From: Laetmonice hystrix
Taxonomy: Eukaryota
Assembly: GCA_965235115.1 (NCBI GenBank)
Contig: OZ249445.1
Span: 8,432,001-8,496,000, forward strand
Direction of reading: 5' to 3'
Length of the DNA: 64,000 bases
Shown here: positions 11,438-25,059 of the stretch, one piece after another
Layout: each line of letters begins with the position of its first letter
Numbering within the stretch: position 1 is the first letter of the stretch
Position numbers and translations under genes: made by a program
The notes under the pieces: model-generated
What the model saw: the letters and a program-made list of their open reading frames with translations, nothing else
What the model was told of the DNA's origin: nothing
The model's database searches: none

Positions 11438-14400
11438 CACAGGTTTTACCTGGCCTGGGTAGACAGTTCAGAATGAGCAGTATAGTATAGCAGGCCGGTT
11501 TGGTGTACACAGACTAATAGCTGGTAACTAGAGCAGAGAGAGACACGACTCAGCCTGAATGGGGCTACAGGAAGACGACATAATCATTGTTTACAATCCC
11601 ATGACCCACAAATGTAGCAGTTGTCCCCCAAAATACAATTTTAAAAAAAAAGACGGAATAAAGTGAAGCATAATGCTTTGGAAATGGCAACGCAAGAGCC
11701 CGGTCTCGTTGGGCAGTCCTTCACAGCTTCCAGTAAGCGTCACTCAATGCTGTACGAAATGAAAGGGCAAATACACCTGCGAAAAAAAGTGCTGCATCAA
11801 TAGCAGCCACTCATTTAGGAATGTCGTGATTATCTTTAGTGAAGCTTAACACTTGCAAAGATGATAACAGCAGTGCCACCAATTACTGTGGGCGTTATTG
11901 GTACAATAATTGACAGATGTGTTCTTTGAGCGAGCTGTAAAGGCCCAGGAGAAAGTTCTGGTAGCGTGGGGTTGTTCCCATCACAAGGTGTCATTGTCAG
12001 CCTAGATCCATTGTGATCGTTCCGCTTCTATCGCCACATTAAGGCGTCAACAAGAAAAGGTAACTCCATTAACTTCCCTCTCACGTATACAAGTATGTAC
12101 GACCTATGTCTGTCTGTATGTTCTGCCTTGGCAGGGACTTGGACCGTGTCCTACAGTCAGACACGTTTAAGAACTGTATGCAACGATAACATACACGTTT
12201 GAATAATGCTCCAGATCTTAGGTATATTTTGATTCGTGGTCTATACTAATCTCAGGTCATTTCTATATAGTTTAATAAAGGATACTTTCTTAGAAACCAT
12301 TCCTAGAGAAACTAATTCTAAACTCACAGACTGAAGACCAGACCAATGGAATGACATTGAGTGTGAGCCCAATTATAAATGATCTAATTCCTGTTAAAAT
12401 CCTCTTGAGATGTATTCCTCAATATAATGGTGGCTATTATTGTGTTACCGTCTGATATCCTTCCTAATAGCCTTCAAATTCAAAAGGCCTGCATAGTGCA
12501 TATTTTTAGTAAGAACCTGAAGATATGAAAAGTTATGTCCTTGTACCTGACATATATATACAACGGTCCTGTTTTGTTCTATGCTATGGGTATTCAAAAG
12601 ACATTGGTGAAATATGTTCGTCCGTGCGTCTAAAATCGCCCTTAGGGTTACTAAACTTTCGTCTTTGTGCGCCAAGAGAATACTTCCCTTCAGGCCACAA
12701 GACACCACTAAAAGAAATTCACAATAAAACATATCATACCTGGTGCTCCACTGGATTTAACAGCGCCTTGACGACAATATAGCTGGCCGACTTCCAAACG
12801 GGCACCTCGGACTTGTGGGGTTGGCTTTTTCTCATACCTCCATCCTAGTTGTAAAAGAAATCAGAAAAAAAGATATTACATTTAATTATGAACTATAATT
12901 AGCACACTCATTTTAAAAATACAAATTTTAATGACGACTGAATATCTATGCCTCTGTTTCACCGCATGTCGTCTGGTTGGGTTTTTTGTTTTTCTGTTTC
13001 ATTCAGTCAACCCCCCCCCCTCCCCCAGTATGGTATACCTTGCTGGTTCACCATGAATCCCAATTTGTTACGCAATTTAAGCTTTAATATGGTGGAAACG
13101 TTTGAAGCTTGAAACGGATCGTTGTGTATATTTTTTTAAATATCGCTATGTTATAATGGCGTATTGCAGACATGAAATGGCTCTCCGCAATTAATACATC
13201 AAAGGGATACCTGTCCAGGGACTGTCACACTGGCCAGGTTCTCCACCTGTTTTTGTATGACTATTTAATGAGCCTGAGGTACAGTGTCGCAGCAAGAGCC
13301 CAAGAATCTGAACGTAAAACACCATGCATGCAAAGTAGGAACATTCCTGTTGCAGCAGACGCGGAAGCCTTGATTCCCCTAAAAAGAAAATTCGAGATCG
13401 TTGATTGAAGATTTTGGATAGGGTTCGGTGCGTACGTCTTTGTCTGACCGTGGGCCACACATCCACGAGGACCAACACCCGTGGTGCTCACAGGGACACC
13501 ACCGTTAGCTTTGGGATCCTAGCCAGACGTCGTACCCATTTTAGGAAATATCACTACCTTTCACAATCTCGTGTTAGCTTGTCGTGTCGTGAATACCAGA
13601 CAGGTCCTAACGGACGACAGGGTACAGGCCTTTGAAACACCCATGTGGAAGCTGAGGGGAATCGATAAAATTTTATAACTCCATTGAATAAATGTAGAAA
13701 GTTAAATGTTAGCTTTGTGACAACTGAATATTATAGCCACACCATTTTGTCTTATACCTACTCACAGCTATCGGTGTACGCCTACCATGATTCCCGAACC
13801 ATTTACTACTACTAAGTCATCCGAGAATAGAAGAAGGCTTTCAGAATGGCGCATGGACCAAACTGGACAGGGCTGGCCTGTTTTGTGTTATTCTTCTGCC
13901 GCAATCTGCGGTTCCTTCTAATCCCGAGAAACCGGTCATAATTTACAGGTCTAGTTTAGTATACAAGAAAGAGAGGAAGTTCCAAGAGATATCTTCTTTA
14001 ACACAGCCACAACAGTCTTCCTGGGAGGTACTGAAGAAATCTTCCTCATGTGGTTATGTTTTTCCTTGTGATGTTTGTTGTTGTGCCTCTCGTTGCTCCT
14101 GTTCACGTCATGGAATAGTAAATAACGGGTGTCAAGTACCACTCGTACAATGTATTATGAGAACCATAAAAATACAACCAAAATATTTGAACCCTTAGAT
14201 TTTAAACTTACCCTCCCAAATGATGGCCATTCTCAGCCCGAAGGAAACTCAGTGTTTAAAATCTTAAAAGGGCCTAGTTTAAACCGAATGTCACAATCTG
14301 TGTCGAGTATAGAAGATAAAGTTAGTGTACCCATGGCTTTTCGGTCCAAGCACTGCAAACAATGCACTCAAAAAGTTAAAGGTTACACAACAATGGTAAA

Positions 14401-15310
14401 TCGCACCTTCATGCTCACGGCATGAATAAGACGATGGCATTCCAGCCGCTCAGTGACGACCAACGAGATGTTTGGACCGGGGTATAAGGCCTAATCCCCA
14501 TAATCTCTCCCCGCCGCCACCCACCAAGTTCAAAAGGTACAGTGATTGTTTTCTTGGTGTCTTTTTTGGTCTCACACAGCGGTAACCAGCTGTAACACCG
14601 ATGCGGGCGGGGATGGGGCTGGGGGGGGGGGCAGGGGTACGGAACACTTAACATTTCTATGTGCGTGCACCTGTTTTAAATCGGTCGGCGGGATAAGGTG
14701 CTGCAGACGCAGAAGGATCGTGCCCAGGGGAGCCATGCTGCGTTGCATTGCGTGCAGGCGATGGAATCTATAGTCCTGCCCTGAATTATTAGAGGCAGGC
14801 TGCTGCGCATCGTCTTCCTTGACCTTGAAATGAGCTTTACTTGCAACATTCCCCCATGCAAGAAACGAGCAAGCAGGAGTCCCCTCCCGTAATATACAAT
14901 AGTTAGTAAGAACACCTGGTTCCCATTTACCAAATCTATATCCCCTCCTCTACCCTCCATACCCATACCCGGACCTTACACATTCCATATAACATTCCAG
15001 AACAGGTACTGTACTTAATTCCGGCACCACAGTATCAATAATTCAAGTGACTTTGTGTGGTAGATCCATCAAAGTAGGGTGCATCATTTTATTCAAGTGT
15101 AACTGAGTCACTGGCTTGCTCATCTGTCCAAGTGTACCATTCCGTCAGGTCCCATTCATCGATCGTTTCATAGAAGGAGCCAAATCCAGCGCACCCCTTG
15201 AGCGGTTCCGGAATATTCAGTCCTGCCATTCAAATACACTCTAATGTTTATTCATGATAAACACCCGCCGTATAAGGCAAAAATGTCCATATATGGAAAG
15301 GAATTTCCGT

Positions 15311-15413
15311 TGACGTCATTTTCTGAGCAGACGGCTCCAGGAATAGGCGGCCACCAAGGTACGAGGGCATCGAAGCGGGACGGCCTGCAGCAGTGAGTCC
15401 GGCCCGTTAAATA
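15311..15413 (+). promoter_or_regulatory. Putative promoter of paralogue 2: CRE palindrome + TATA-like element
   Basis: TGACGTCA 15311-15318 and TTAAATA 15407-15413 upstream of ATG 15535; spacing resembles the paralogue 3 promoter. Confidence 0.4.
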
Positions 15414-15534
15414 GGCCGCCCCATATCTTGGGTATACCAGAAGATTGTAAACGTTGTACGTGAGACAGACCAAGGACCTATCGAGAAAGGAATTTACCAG
15501 CTTGAAACCCCGAACCAACCCGACTGGGACTAGC

Positions 15535-18500
15535 ATGGATATATTAAGTTCACTTGGATTTGTGCTGGTGGGATGTTTGTTGCTGGCAGACTCCAATGCA
15601 CGTGAGTAGTTGATGTCTTGAACATTCCTCGACCAAACCTGGTCCATCCTTTCACCCAACGAGGACCCATAGACCGACGTCGGCTTTGGTCCAAACAGTA
15701 CTGGCCTGGCCGCGTATCTGAAGAATACTTTATATTAATCCCACTAGATATTATAACGATAACATCATATACTCGTGTATTATAATCTTGATTGAGGTTA
15801 AGGATGCGTGTGCTGCAGCTTATAATTAAGGCGAGAGTAAAGCTTTCCCGCTAAATGGGAATACGAGTAATGTAAAGGTGCAGTCGCGACACTTGTTCGC
15901 TTCCACAGGTGCACGCGGTTCGACGAGCCTGCTACCTTCTATTGATCTATAAATAATCAAACCAGGCGTTAGATGATAAACTCCAAAGGTACCATATTAA
16001 ATTTATGTGATTCCAGATCCAAGTACTCTCACTGTTTATTCAAACAAAAATCAATGAACCATACTTTATTTATTTATTCGTTTATTTTTTATCCTTGTCA
16101 CTGCCAGAATCCAGAAACCAACGAGTGCGGCAGGTGGGCACAGCCCTCGCACCCTCACCGTCTGGTGTTGACACGGCGGGCTCGGTGTTTCTCGTTAATG
16201 ATGGTTTCCTCAGTGAGGGCGTCATCTTCGCCTACGAGGCCTATTTCCGTAACCTTAACCCGGTGCGGTTTCAAGTATGGCGACCTTCGGCGAATTTGGT
16301 CAATGGAACAGACTTAAGAAGCTACACCCTCATTGGGGAAACCAGGGTGGTGCCAACTCTGAGGTTCCAGCCAGAAGTGGTGAGTATAGTCATGATATGT
16401 CATGATACTTGGTGATTCCAACCCGCCAGTCCGGGTCCCGGGGGAAGACTTAGTCCCGGACCCCATTCCCATTAGATTAAAGAAAAGAAAGTTTGAAATA
16501 ATCTGGGGCCCTGGTGAGCTCGGGTCATGGGGTAGGCCTATAGTTACCGTCCCGTTGCTACTGTAACTCCACAACAACAGTCAATGTTAAGTTCATTCAT
16601 CTGTCTTGGAAATACAATCACAGTTTTCATCTGTCGTATAGGAAGACATTTCTAGTCAAATAATTATAGTACATTCCCAATAAGGGAGGTTTGGAATGGC
16701 GAAGTTTGGGGAACCGTTTAGTTTCCACTTGGAGTCGTGACATTTCTAAAGATCAAAAACACAGAGAGGCCCATAACCCCCTAGTGATCTCACACCCCTA
16801 TAGGACGTCAAGCCTAATTATTCTTCCTACAATAAAGGGGATGACGTTTTGCTGCCGCTGGTTCCTAATCATATATCTTTGACGACAACACTGTTGACGT
16901 TAACCTAAGGCGTTGCCCTGGGTGAGGTCTGTTCACTACGCACTGTCATCAGTAGGGGCAAAACGCTAAATCTCATCATCCATACTGAAGTGGGAACGCA
17001 TTGTTCGCCTACAGAAGTAAACGCCTTATTGAACATCATTTTCTTTTATCACTCTTTATGAAAACATATTTACTTCTCACTTAGAGGATGTATTAGACCG
17101 TAAACATGCCAACGAAATGCCATCGCCAAGGGTGTGCTGTGGCTCATTCTATACGCATGTTGCCAACTGAATTCCTCACTAAATACGGCCCTGATTGGCG
17201 TAGAGAAATACTGTTGCTATCCGATAATATCGCAGACAGTAGAGTGGTTCTTAAGTCAACAGGTACTGAGGCAAGGCAATATTTCTAGGTCCTTCTTAGC
17301 GGGAAAGCAATGGTCACGACAGAATCACTGAAGCGATGTTCCCAAACGGTCACATAGGGACTCGAGCATGGCCGACTCCCAGGCCAGGCCGGGGCATTCA
17401 CTGTCGGGTCGGGGGTAGTCTATGGCGTCTTAGGTTTTCAGGGAAACCACTCGAGCGTATTGAGACGCTTCCTTCTTTTAACTTGTTCCAACTTTCATGC
17501 AACTTTCTCTCTCCTCATCTCTCTAATACATTAATAGATACCGGCTTCAATGTCAGAACGGGTGGACGGATTCAGAAATGCCGCTATTCCACTTTCGTTT
17601 ATAAATATTCAGGACTGCTATTTTAAGGCTAGACTCCTGCCGGGGTGGGTGGCCTGTGCTCGAGGCGTTGTATTGGTCGCTAATCTTTGGGCGTCCGTAC
17701 CGCAACCCTGGGCTCGCCGGTGTGGGTCAAACTGTAGTACACACTGGGACCAACCCCCCCAGTCCCAGGCTGCTGAAGCATGTCTATCCATCGGTCGTGG
17801 GAACCCTTCAAAATGATATCACACCAACTACTATATGTCACCCTCTACGACGGCGCCTTTGCATATCAAAACGATTGCTGACCCTTCTCTTGAAACCGAA
17901 TCTATAGAAATCGGACTTTCTATAATGCAGGACAGACCTTACAGCTCCGAGCTAAGTATTAGCTCCTGGCAAGTCCCACCGAGTTCAGTGCCTAGTAGGG
18001 GTCTATCAAGAGAGTGCTGTTTTTAACATCACTTCAGGCATGTACCTGTCTTTCATGTATCTATTTAAGGAAGCTTCCTGGTGGTTTTATATAATAGCAA
18101 GACACTGATGGGGGTGGGGGGGGGGGGGGGGCAGTCCAGAATCCAGACCTTATTAATAGCCTTTTATATTATACGTTCCCTCGCTCTTGTCAGGTAGACG
18201 CAGGTTTTCTAACAGGACCGTTTTTAATCTTTGTAGATCTACATCGAGTCTAAACTCGGACAGTGTACCCATGTCCAAGATCAGGATCGTTTGGGTGTAT
18301 TCTTCGAGGAGGCGCCTGGGTCTGTGTCGTACATGTTTGATCCTAACACTCCCAAGGCCCTCGCCTACACCTTACAGAACGCCTCTAACCCTGTACCCAC
18401 GGGGCAGACAGTCACCTTCGGCACACTCACCTTCCCTTATGACTTCTCAGTTGTCGCCTACATCGATCGAGGTGAGTCAAATCTCTTCCATGTCCCGTTT

Positions 18501-19878
18501 GAACGAATGATAACCAAAAGCATTGTGCAAGATAGAGGCAAACTTTTCTGCATCAGAAGTGCTAAACCGTTTACAACTAAATCGCGGCACATATGTTGCA
18601 GATTCACAGAGATTATAATATGGGATGTCTTTGTTCCAGATGTGTCCCAGTATGTGTTCAATGCGGACGACAGTGTGACCTGTCCACCTGGCCTTCTCAT
18701 CCCTGCCCATGAGGTGGTCACCATCGCGACCACCACACCACCACCTCCCCCTACCGGCCAGCCTGGAGTCCCCGGGCCCCCGGGACCTCAGGTAAAATCC
18801 CTGCTAAATCCGGAAACTTGTGAATGATGATAAACACAATCAAACAAACATATTCCTGGCTCTGGTTGGTTTAGAAATGAGGCTGTATTGTTGAGAAGGT
18901 ATAGAAGTGTCCAATCGGTACTTCCATCAATTATCATCTATTTTGGTTCCTGATCTCGACCGGATGGCTGTTTTCTTATGACCATGTATATGGACACTCT
19001 TGGAATGCGGAGCTGATTTGAGGTGTGGCGTATTTCTTTTTTATATATCTGACAGTGTTCTTATTTAATTGTTGCAGGGTGTTCCCGGACCTTTGGGACC
19101 TCGTGGTCCAGCTGGAGTCCCTGGTCCACCTGGACCAGTGGGACCTATAGGTCCAAGGGGTGACAACGGAGCTACAGGACCAAGTGGAGTTGCTGGGGTC
19201 GAAGGACCTATTGGTCCGCCAGGCCCCTTTGGCGCGACAGGTCCTAGAGGAGCTAAAGGCGACCGGGGACCCCAGGGTGTCGCTGGTCCACCCGGCTCGC
19301 CCGGCAAGAACGCTAACGAACTCCAACCGGGTCAAGTGGCTGGTGAAGATGGCAATTTCTTCTCAAATCCGACCACCGTTATGATCCTCCTTATCTGGCT
19401 CATCATTGTCACCATCCTCATCATACTCATCATTATTCTGGTGGCCACCATGCGCAGGCGACGACGACAACCCAAGATGTCGAGTGAAAGCGAACCGCAC
19501 ACTGCGCATTTCCCGCCAGGTTTGACAGCAGCAGACGACAGGGATTGGATGGGGACACTGAAGGAAGACTCTGAGGCTGGCTACAACAACGACACCATCA
19601 CCGTGGACGACAAGAGGAAATCAAAACTGAAGAAAGCTAATAGTAGCTTAAACGGTACAAGTACTAAACTTGCAGAACCAGATATGACGTCAACATTGAA
19701 ACCTCAACCGGATGTGACGACATCTGCGCAGCCGCCAATTTCACCGATAAGCCCCAAGTCACCAGATGACGGAACAAACTTCGCTTTTGAAAACGAGATT
19801 GGCGTGACGTCGGATACGATAACAAGAACATATGACAACCAAGGGAATCTCTCACACGACTCGATATCCCCCGAGTAA
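15535..19878 (+). CDS. Type I transmembrane protein with N-terminal globular domain and 30 Gly-X-Y collagen triplets (paralogue 2), 508 aa
   Basis: join(15535..15601,16108..16379,18237..18471,18640..18791,19078..19878); all GT-AG, phases 1,0,1,0 consistent, 1527 nt. Signal peptide [22 protein letters not shown]; head with [23 protein letters not shown]; collagen; [31 protein letters not shown] followed by RRRRR. Confidence 0.9.
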
Positions 19879-21950
19879 TAAGTGACGGAATGAGTGTTTT
19901 ATTAACGCAGCGTGCAGTGGGACAATCATGTGAAATGAGAGCGTACGATTCATTCAATTCGATTTTTCCACTGCTATCAAACATTGCAGTATTCAATACC
20001 TTTGCAAAAAGAGTACATTTTAAATGTATCACTTGACAATGTTGTTTTATTTTGTACATAGACGAATGTGAGGTTTGCGCGCGAGAACTAGATATCTACA
20101 GATAATGTGGACGGAAGGACCATGTTGAGTAAAACGTGGAGGTTGTATTGTTTGAACGAAAGGAGGCGCTGATTTATAAAACAATAACCTAGTCAGCGCC
20201 GGACGTTGTTTAAAAGTCGTTTATACTGTGTCTTTCCCGGAGGAGATGCTCTTCACGAGACTGAAGAGTCGCGTCCTTGTTGCCAAAAGCTACGGCGTGA
20301 AATGACATGCTCGATTTATCAATGACTACTCGGTCCAGTGGTATGATAGCAGCACAGGTGAACCTTCTCACCGAAACGTGGACGGTAGGGTGGTGTTTAC
20401 TGGCAAACCAACATGGCAAACTGCCATTTCAAATGGTTCCTCTCCTTCGATTTCCCGTGCAGGAGACATTTGCCATTCTCTGCTGTATATCACCACAACT
20501 ATTAGGGCGAGATGTACTTACTTGTACATATGATATATTTTTTAAACAAATTAAGGTGCTATACATCTCAGACGAGCAGGTCAAAAGATTCCTGTGTGCA
20601 AAACAGATTTACTTGAAAATGTGATATTTTTGTACATACATTGTTATTTATATTTATACATGTGTATATAATAAAGATATCTCCATATCTGAAATATACC
20701 AAACGTGTCGACTGTCTTTTTCAAATACAAGTCTTAGTGTTAATCCAAGCAGCATATGCAATCAGAAAGCCTATAGTTCGAAACCGTCGATGATAAATAA
20801 ACCAGCCATACCATCAAGATTATAAATAATAAACATGTTCATCCGACTATATACAGATAAAATCTACGTCTCGCATCCTATATTAGTTGACTCATAAGGT
20901 GAGAAGCGGGGTGGACCTTACCACTCAACTTGTTTTTAACCGATCTACAGACCTATCCAACAACAGTCCAGATGCGGCAAAAAATCGGATGAATTCCTTT
21001 GAGATCTCTAAGAAATCAGACAATAACAACCATATATTCAAGTATAAACCCAGACTCATTCAGGCCTGCCTGTAAGTACATCCCTTTACCAATGTGACCT
21101 GCCTTACATTCCCCTACATATTATGGAAGTATATCTCATGATGACTCGCTGCGTCTGTGACACAAATTACGAGACAAGACCCTTCATACGGCCTACATGT
21201 GAACTGAAGCCCACCAAAACGATGACATGATGTGTTGTCTAGACAACCATTATTATCACCGCTTGTTGTGAAAGCATCCAAGTGGGCCCCTTTCGTTCCC
21301 GGGAGCAGTTTTCCTGTCCTACCTACACAAAAGCATGCTAAGATCATAACCGCCAGTTGCATTCAGTTCCTGCCATTGTGCCAGGTCACATTGTGCCCAA
21401 GGGTTTACCTAAGCGGCCCCCGCATTGACATGGATATGTACTAAACCAATGAAGGTCTCTCATCTCATTACGATGTCCTACATTCCAGATTAATAGGATT
21501 CCTTACAGAAATCCTGTCCGCTGTGTCACTGTATAAATTATTAGGCAGTTCACAAAAGCTTGGGGGAACGGTTGTTCTACACTATGTAGTGTAATTACAA
21601 GTTAAAGCATCATTGCTCCAACAGACAGTACCTTGGTACCAATTAAAAGCAATTTTCAGTAAAAGCCGACATGTTGTTGGTGGCTCTAGTTATTTACCAT
21701 CACAACCATTTTGAGTAATTCAAGCAGAAGGTATGCGTTGATAAATGTAGGATGAAATCGATGACTAGCATCAGAAAGTGCGTCAACGCAAAATAGGCAG
21801 GCATGAACGAAACAGCTCTGGCGCATGCCAGGCTGATGATATTATTTATGATATTATAAAAAATATATATTTAATATGCAGGACTAGGGTGTAAAGAAAT
21901 TCCAACATATGGTCACAAACGCGGTGATATTTAGCTGCATTAGGTTTGTA

Positions 21951-22140
21951 AAATTACTCTAATCTTGATTATGTGTTGGTCGTACTGTGAAATTACTCTA
22001 CTCTTGATTATGGGTTGGTCATCCTATGAAATTACTCTACTCTTGATTTTGGGTTGGTCGTATTGTCAAATTACTTTAGTCTTGATTATGGGTTGGTATT
22101 TTGTAATTACTCTAGCCTTGATGATGGGATGGTCGTATTA
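21951..22140. repeat. 39-bp tandem repeat, ~5 diverged copies
   Basis: Unit ~TACTCTACTCTTGATTATGGGTTGGTCATCCTATGAAAT repeated in tandem. Confidence 0.85.
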
Positions 22141-24986
22141 TATTATTTATTATTTCCAGAACTGTTCTTGCATACATGTACTACATGTAGGAATGACATG
22201 TTGTGTATAGTCACTTTGATTTCACCATCCAAACTTCCAGTACAGTAGCTCCGTTTATATACGTTTTACTTTAGGGGTAAGTGTACAGAGACAAGGCCGT
22301 GTACATTATCTGTTTTCCCTTATTTACTATGTCCCTTACCAAATCTTCCAGCATTGGTTTTGATTGCCGCAGGTTTGTCTGAAAACAACTTTTTGTTCTA
22401 AAAAGTCGTATGTGTACCTCGCTGAACTTCCACTGTATGTATCTTGTATCAGAGACTAAACTGACGCCTTGTTTGCTTCGCGTTTCTTGCCAACTCTCAA
22501 AGAAACAAGCCAAAGGACATCACCATGGCACAAGCTTTTCATGAGTAACAGAACTGAATTCAACTGCCTTTGGTCTGACTGAAATTGAGGCGATTCCTGA
22601 AATCCCATCGTCAATATATGCATACATAGTCGCGTATATTCTAAAGATACGGTTGGTGTTAAACTTTGAATGTGCGGCCCCTGAATTTGACACTTGTTTT
22701 TACGTGTCACTATAGAGCACTGACGTATAGCAGACTGGCACCGTTAGCTGAGATTGAAGGTGTTGGTGGATAGCCAGCCCCTACTGCCAAGGATCCCCCG
22801 GTATGTAAGGATAGAATTTTACAGGTACACATATACAAAGACAAGGAGGAAGATCCAACACGGAACTCTCGCCAAGAGTTCACGACACCGACTCAAAATA
22901 CTTAACACTGTAAGCTCACTGCACATGTCAAAGCTGTAATATGAGCAATTGCAATAATGCAAAATCTAATAAATTTTGTGTGTTGTAGAGCACAACAGAA
23001 ATACGAAATAACTTGTGAATGATTTTTTTTCTATGTTTCTTTCCCTCTGAAATAATGTTATACAATTCTTTTTAGCCACCCCCACCCCCTCAAAAAAGAA
23101 ACGCAAACTCGTAAGTAAGGCTAACACGCGAGGGGGTGAGGTTAAGCCAATATGTTACAACATGATAGTGATTCAGGCGATGTGTGTCATGGAATTCGCC
23201 TGGCAGACTTGGCTGTCATACGACCGAGAGACATGCGCTGCCGGATGTGGTGACGTCTCCATCCGCATCTAACATCCGCCACAAGACGTACCGGCTAGAG
23301 ATCATTCAAAAAGGGAAACTTCTGGCTTTTGAAATCGATCCTGAAGTTTATCTTTAAAATCCCATATCTATCCCAAACGATAGATAGAGTATCTCTTCCT
23401 ACATCCCAAACAGAGGGGGCAGTCCTTGGCAAGGTCAACCCGTTACGTGTCGACGGGCCTGGTAACACCTGACATTCTATCACGGATTACAGACGGATGT
23501 ACCCAAACCACTTCCGTTCCATGCCCTGTTAATTACGAGTCTACCACATTTACCGTTTTATTCCGATCTTAGTGATGGGTTACTCTACTGGACCAACATG
23601 ATGTGGACAACAAGGGTTAGACTGTACCCGCAAGGCAGTCTTCCTCTTAAAGCAAACAATTGCTGTGTCTAGGTAAACGCTTGCACTGACTGATTCAACC
23701 TTGGCTGGCGTTGTATTTGCTAGACCTACATTCCCTGACCCGGCTTCCTAAAACCCAGCGTTTACTTATTCTCCTGTTTACCCCATGGCACTACTGCTCC
23801 AACAGGTGCTTCACAAACAGGGGGAGGAGGGGCTGGGTGTCGTAGGGGGCAGTTAGGGAGTGGGGGGTCTCCATATATGAACATAGCAGGCCTTAGAAAA
23901 AAAAACATTATGCTGGAATGACATATGCTGTGAATCATATAAGATTGTACACTGAGATCATTAGTGTACTAACTGAAGGTTCTGTAGACGTGGCCTGTCC
24001 TCTTACAATGTACACGAACCTCGCAGTAGCGGGTCCTGGACTATGGCAGGTAGATCTCGACGGGACATTTGACAAGAAAAGAAAGGCAGTAAGGAGACAT
24101 ATAGAAAGAAAAACTTTCTCCCCCGCCCCCTTCCCGCCCATGCATCTACGCCTGACTTTGCCAGTCAATTCGTTCATCTCCCACTGTTTTCTTTTCGGCT
24201 AGAAGCCTGCTGTGCAGGTTTACGTGTTTGCAGACTTTTCCAGGGTGTCTATGAACGCGGAATTTGGGTAACATTAATATTTCGGGCAAATAAGCTTCTG
24301 CATTCAATGATAGGAGATTTACTTTTCTAAAAGCAGAACCCTTTGATGACCGACAAAAATCCTCTGTGGAATGTCTTTGAAAGCTCTATTACAGCTAATG
24401 AAAGGCTGACAGTAAAAACGGTAAAGGATATCTCAATAATTTAAGTTTGGAGATTTCAGAAGGAAACTTTTCTCTCCTTTTTTATGAGTAGATCATTGTA
24501 TTAGTCACCATCTGGGATTGGCTAATCATACTCTCGTCGACCTCTATAACTTTTGAAGGTCGCGCACGACAAACGCAGCCAGAGGGGCAAATGATGTGGG
24601 CACATCCACACAAGTTACACAAGGACTGTTTTGCTTTGGAGGCATTAATAATACAAATAGCTCTACAGTGAGACATATAACATATTCACGCTGGAAACAT
24701 TCACAGTGCCACTGTACACCTCCCCCCGTCCCCAAACAACACGATGATGTCATATAGCTTAAACAGATTATTACCCTCACTCCGCTTCCCCACCCTCCAA
24801 GGTAACTGTGGATCCAACCTGTGAAACCGGAAGTACCACCCGTGGTTATTGCTTGTAGTCACTGACGTCGCCTCGCCAAAATCTGGATTTGGCGACTTTG
24901 GATTTTTCAACATTTTTACACATTCTAAAAGCTGTGCAAGGACTAGGAACAAAAACAACACAAAAAAGTAATCCTAGAGATATATC

Positions 24987-25059
24987 CGACCACGACGAGA
25001 CTCGAACTCGCAATCTTCTGATTCGAAGTCAGACGCCTTATCCATTAGGCCACGCGGTC
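24987..25059 (-). tRNA. tRNA-Arg (anticodon UCG), intronless, 73 nt
   Basis: GACCGCGTGGCCTAATGGATAAGGCGTCTGACTTCGAATCAGAAGATTGCGAGTTCGAGTCTCGTCGTGGTCG folds to a cloverleaf (acceptor GACCGCG/CGTGGTC, anticodon stem TCTGA/TCAGA, loop CT-TCG-AA); T6 Pol III terminator at 24962-24967. Confidence 0.97.

Noticed and set aside
18976-19384. Antisense and alternative-frame Pro/Gly-rich ORFs (also 31680-32160, 40618-40851)
   Set aside because: Shadows of the collagen exons.
21114-21362. Short ORF with signal-peptide-like start and several Cys
   Set aside because: No recognisable pattern, promoter or splice support; compatible with chance.
24482-24780. Cys-rich minus-strand ORFs resembling a zinc finger or decayed transposase
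   Set aside because: Cys spacing matches no motif I can name; frames are short and bounded by stops.
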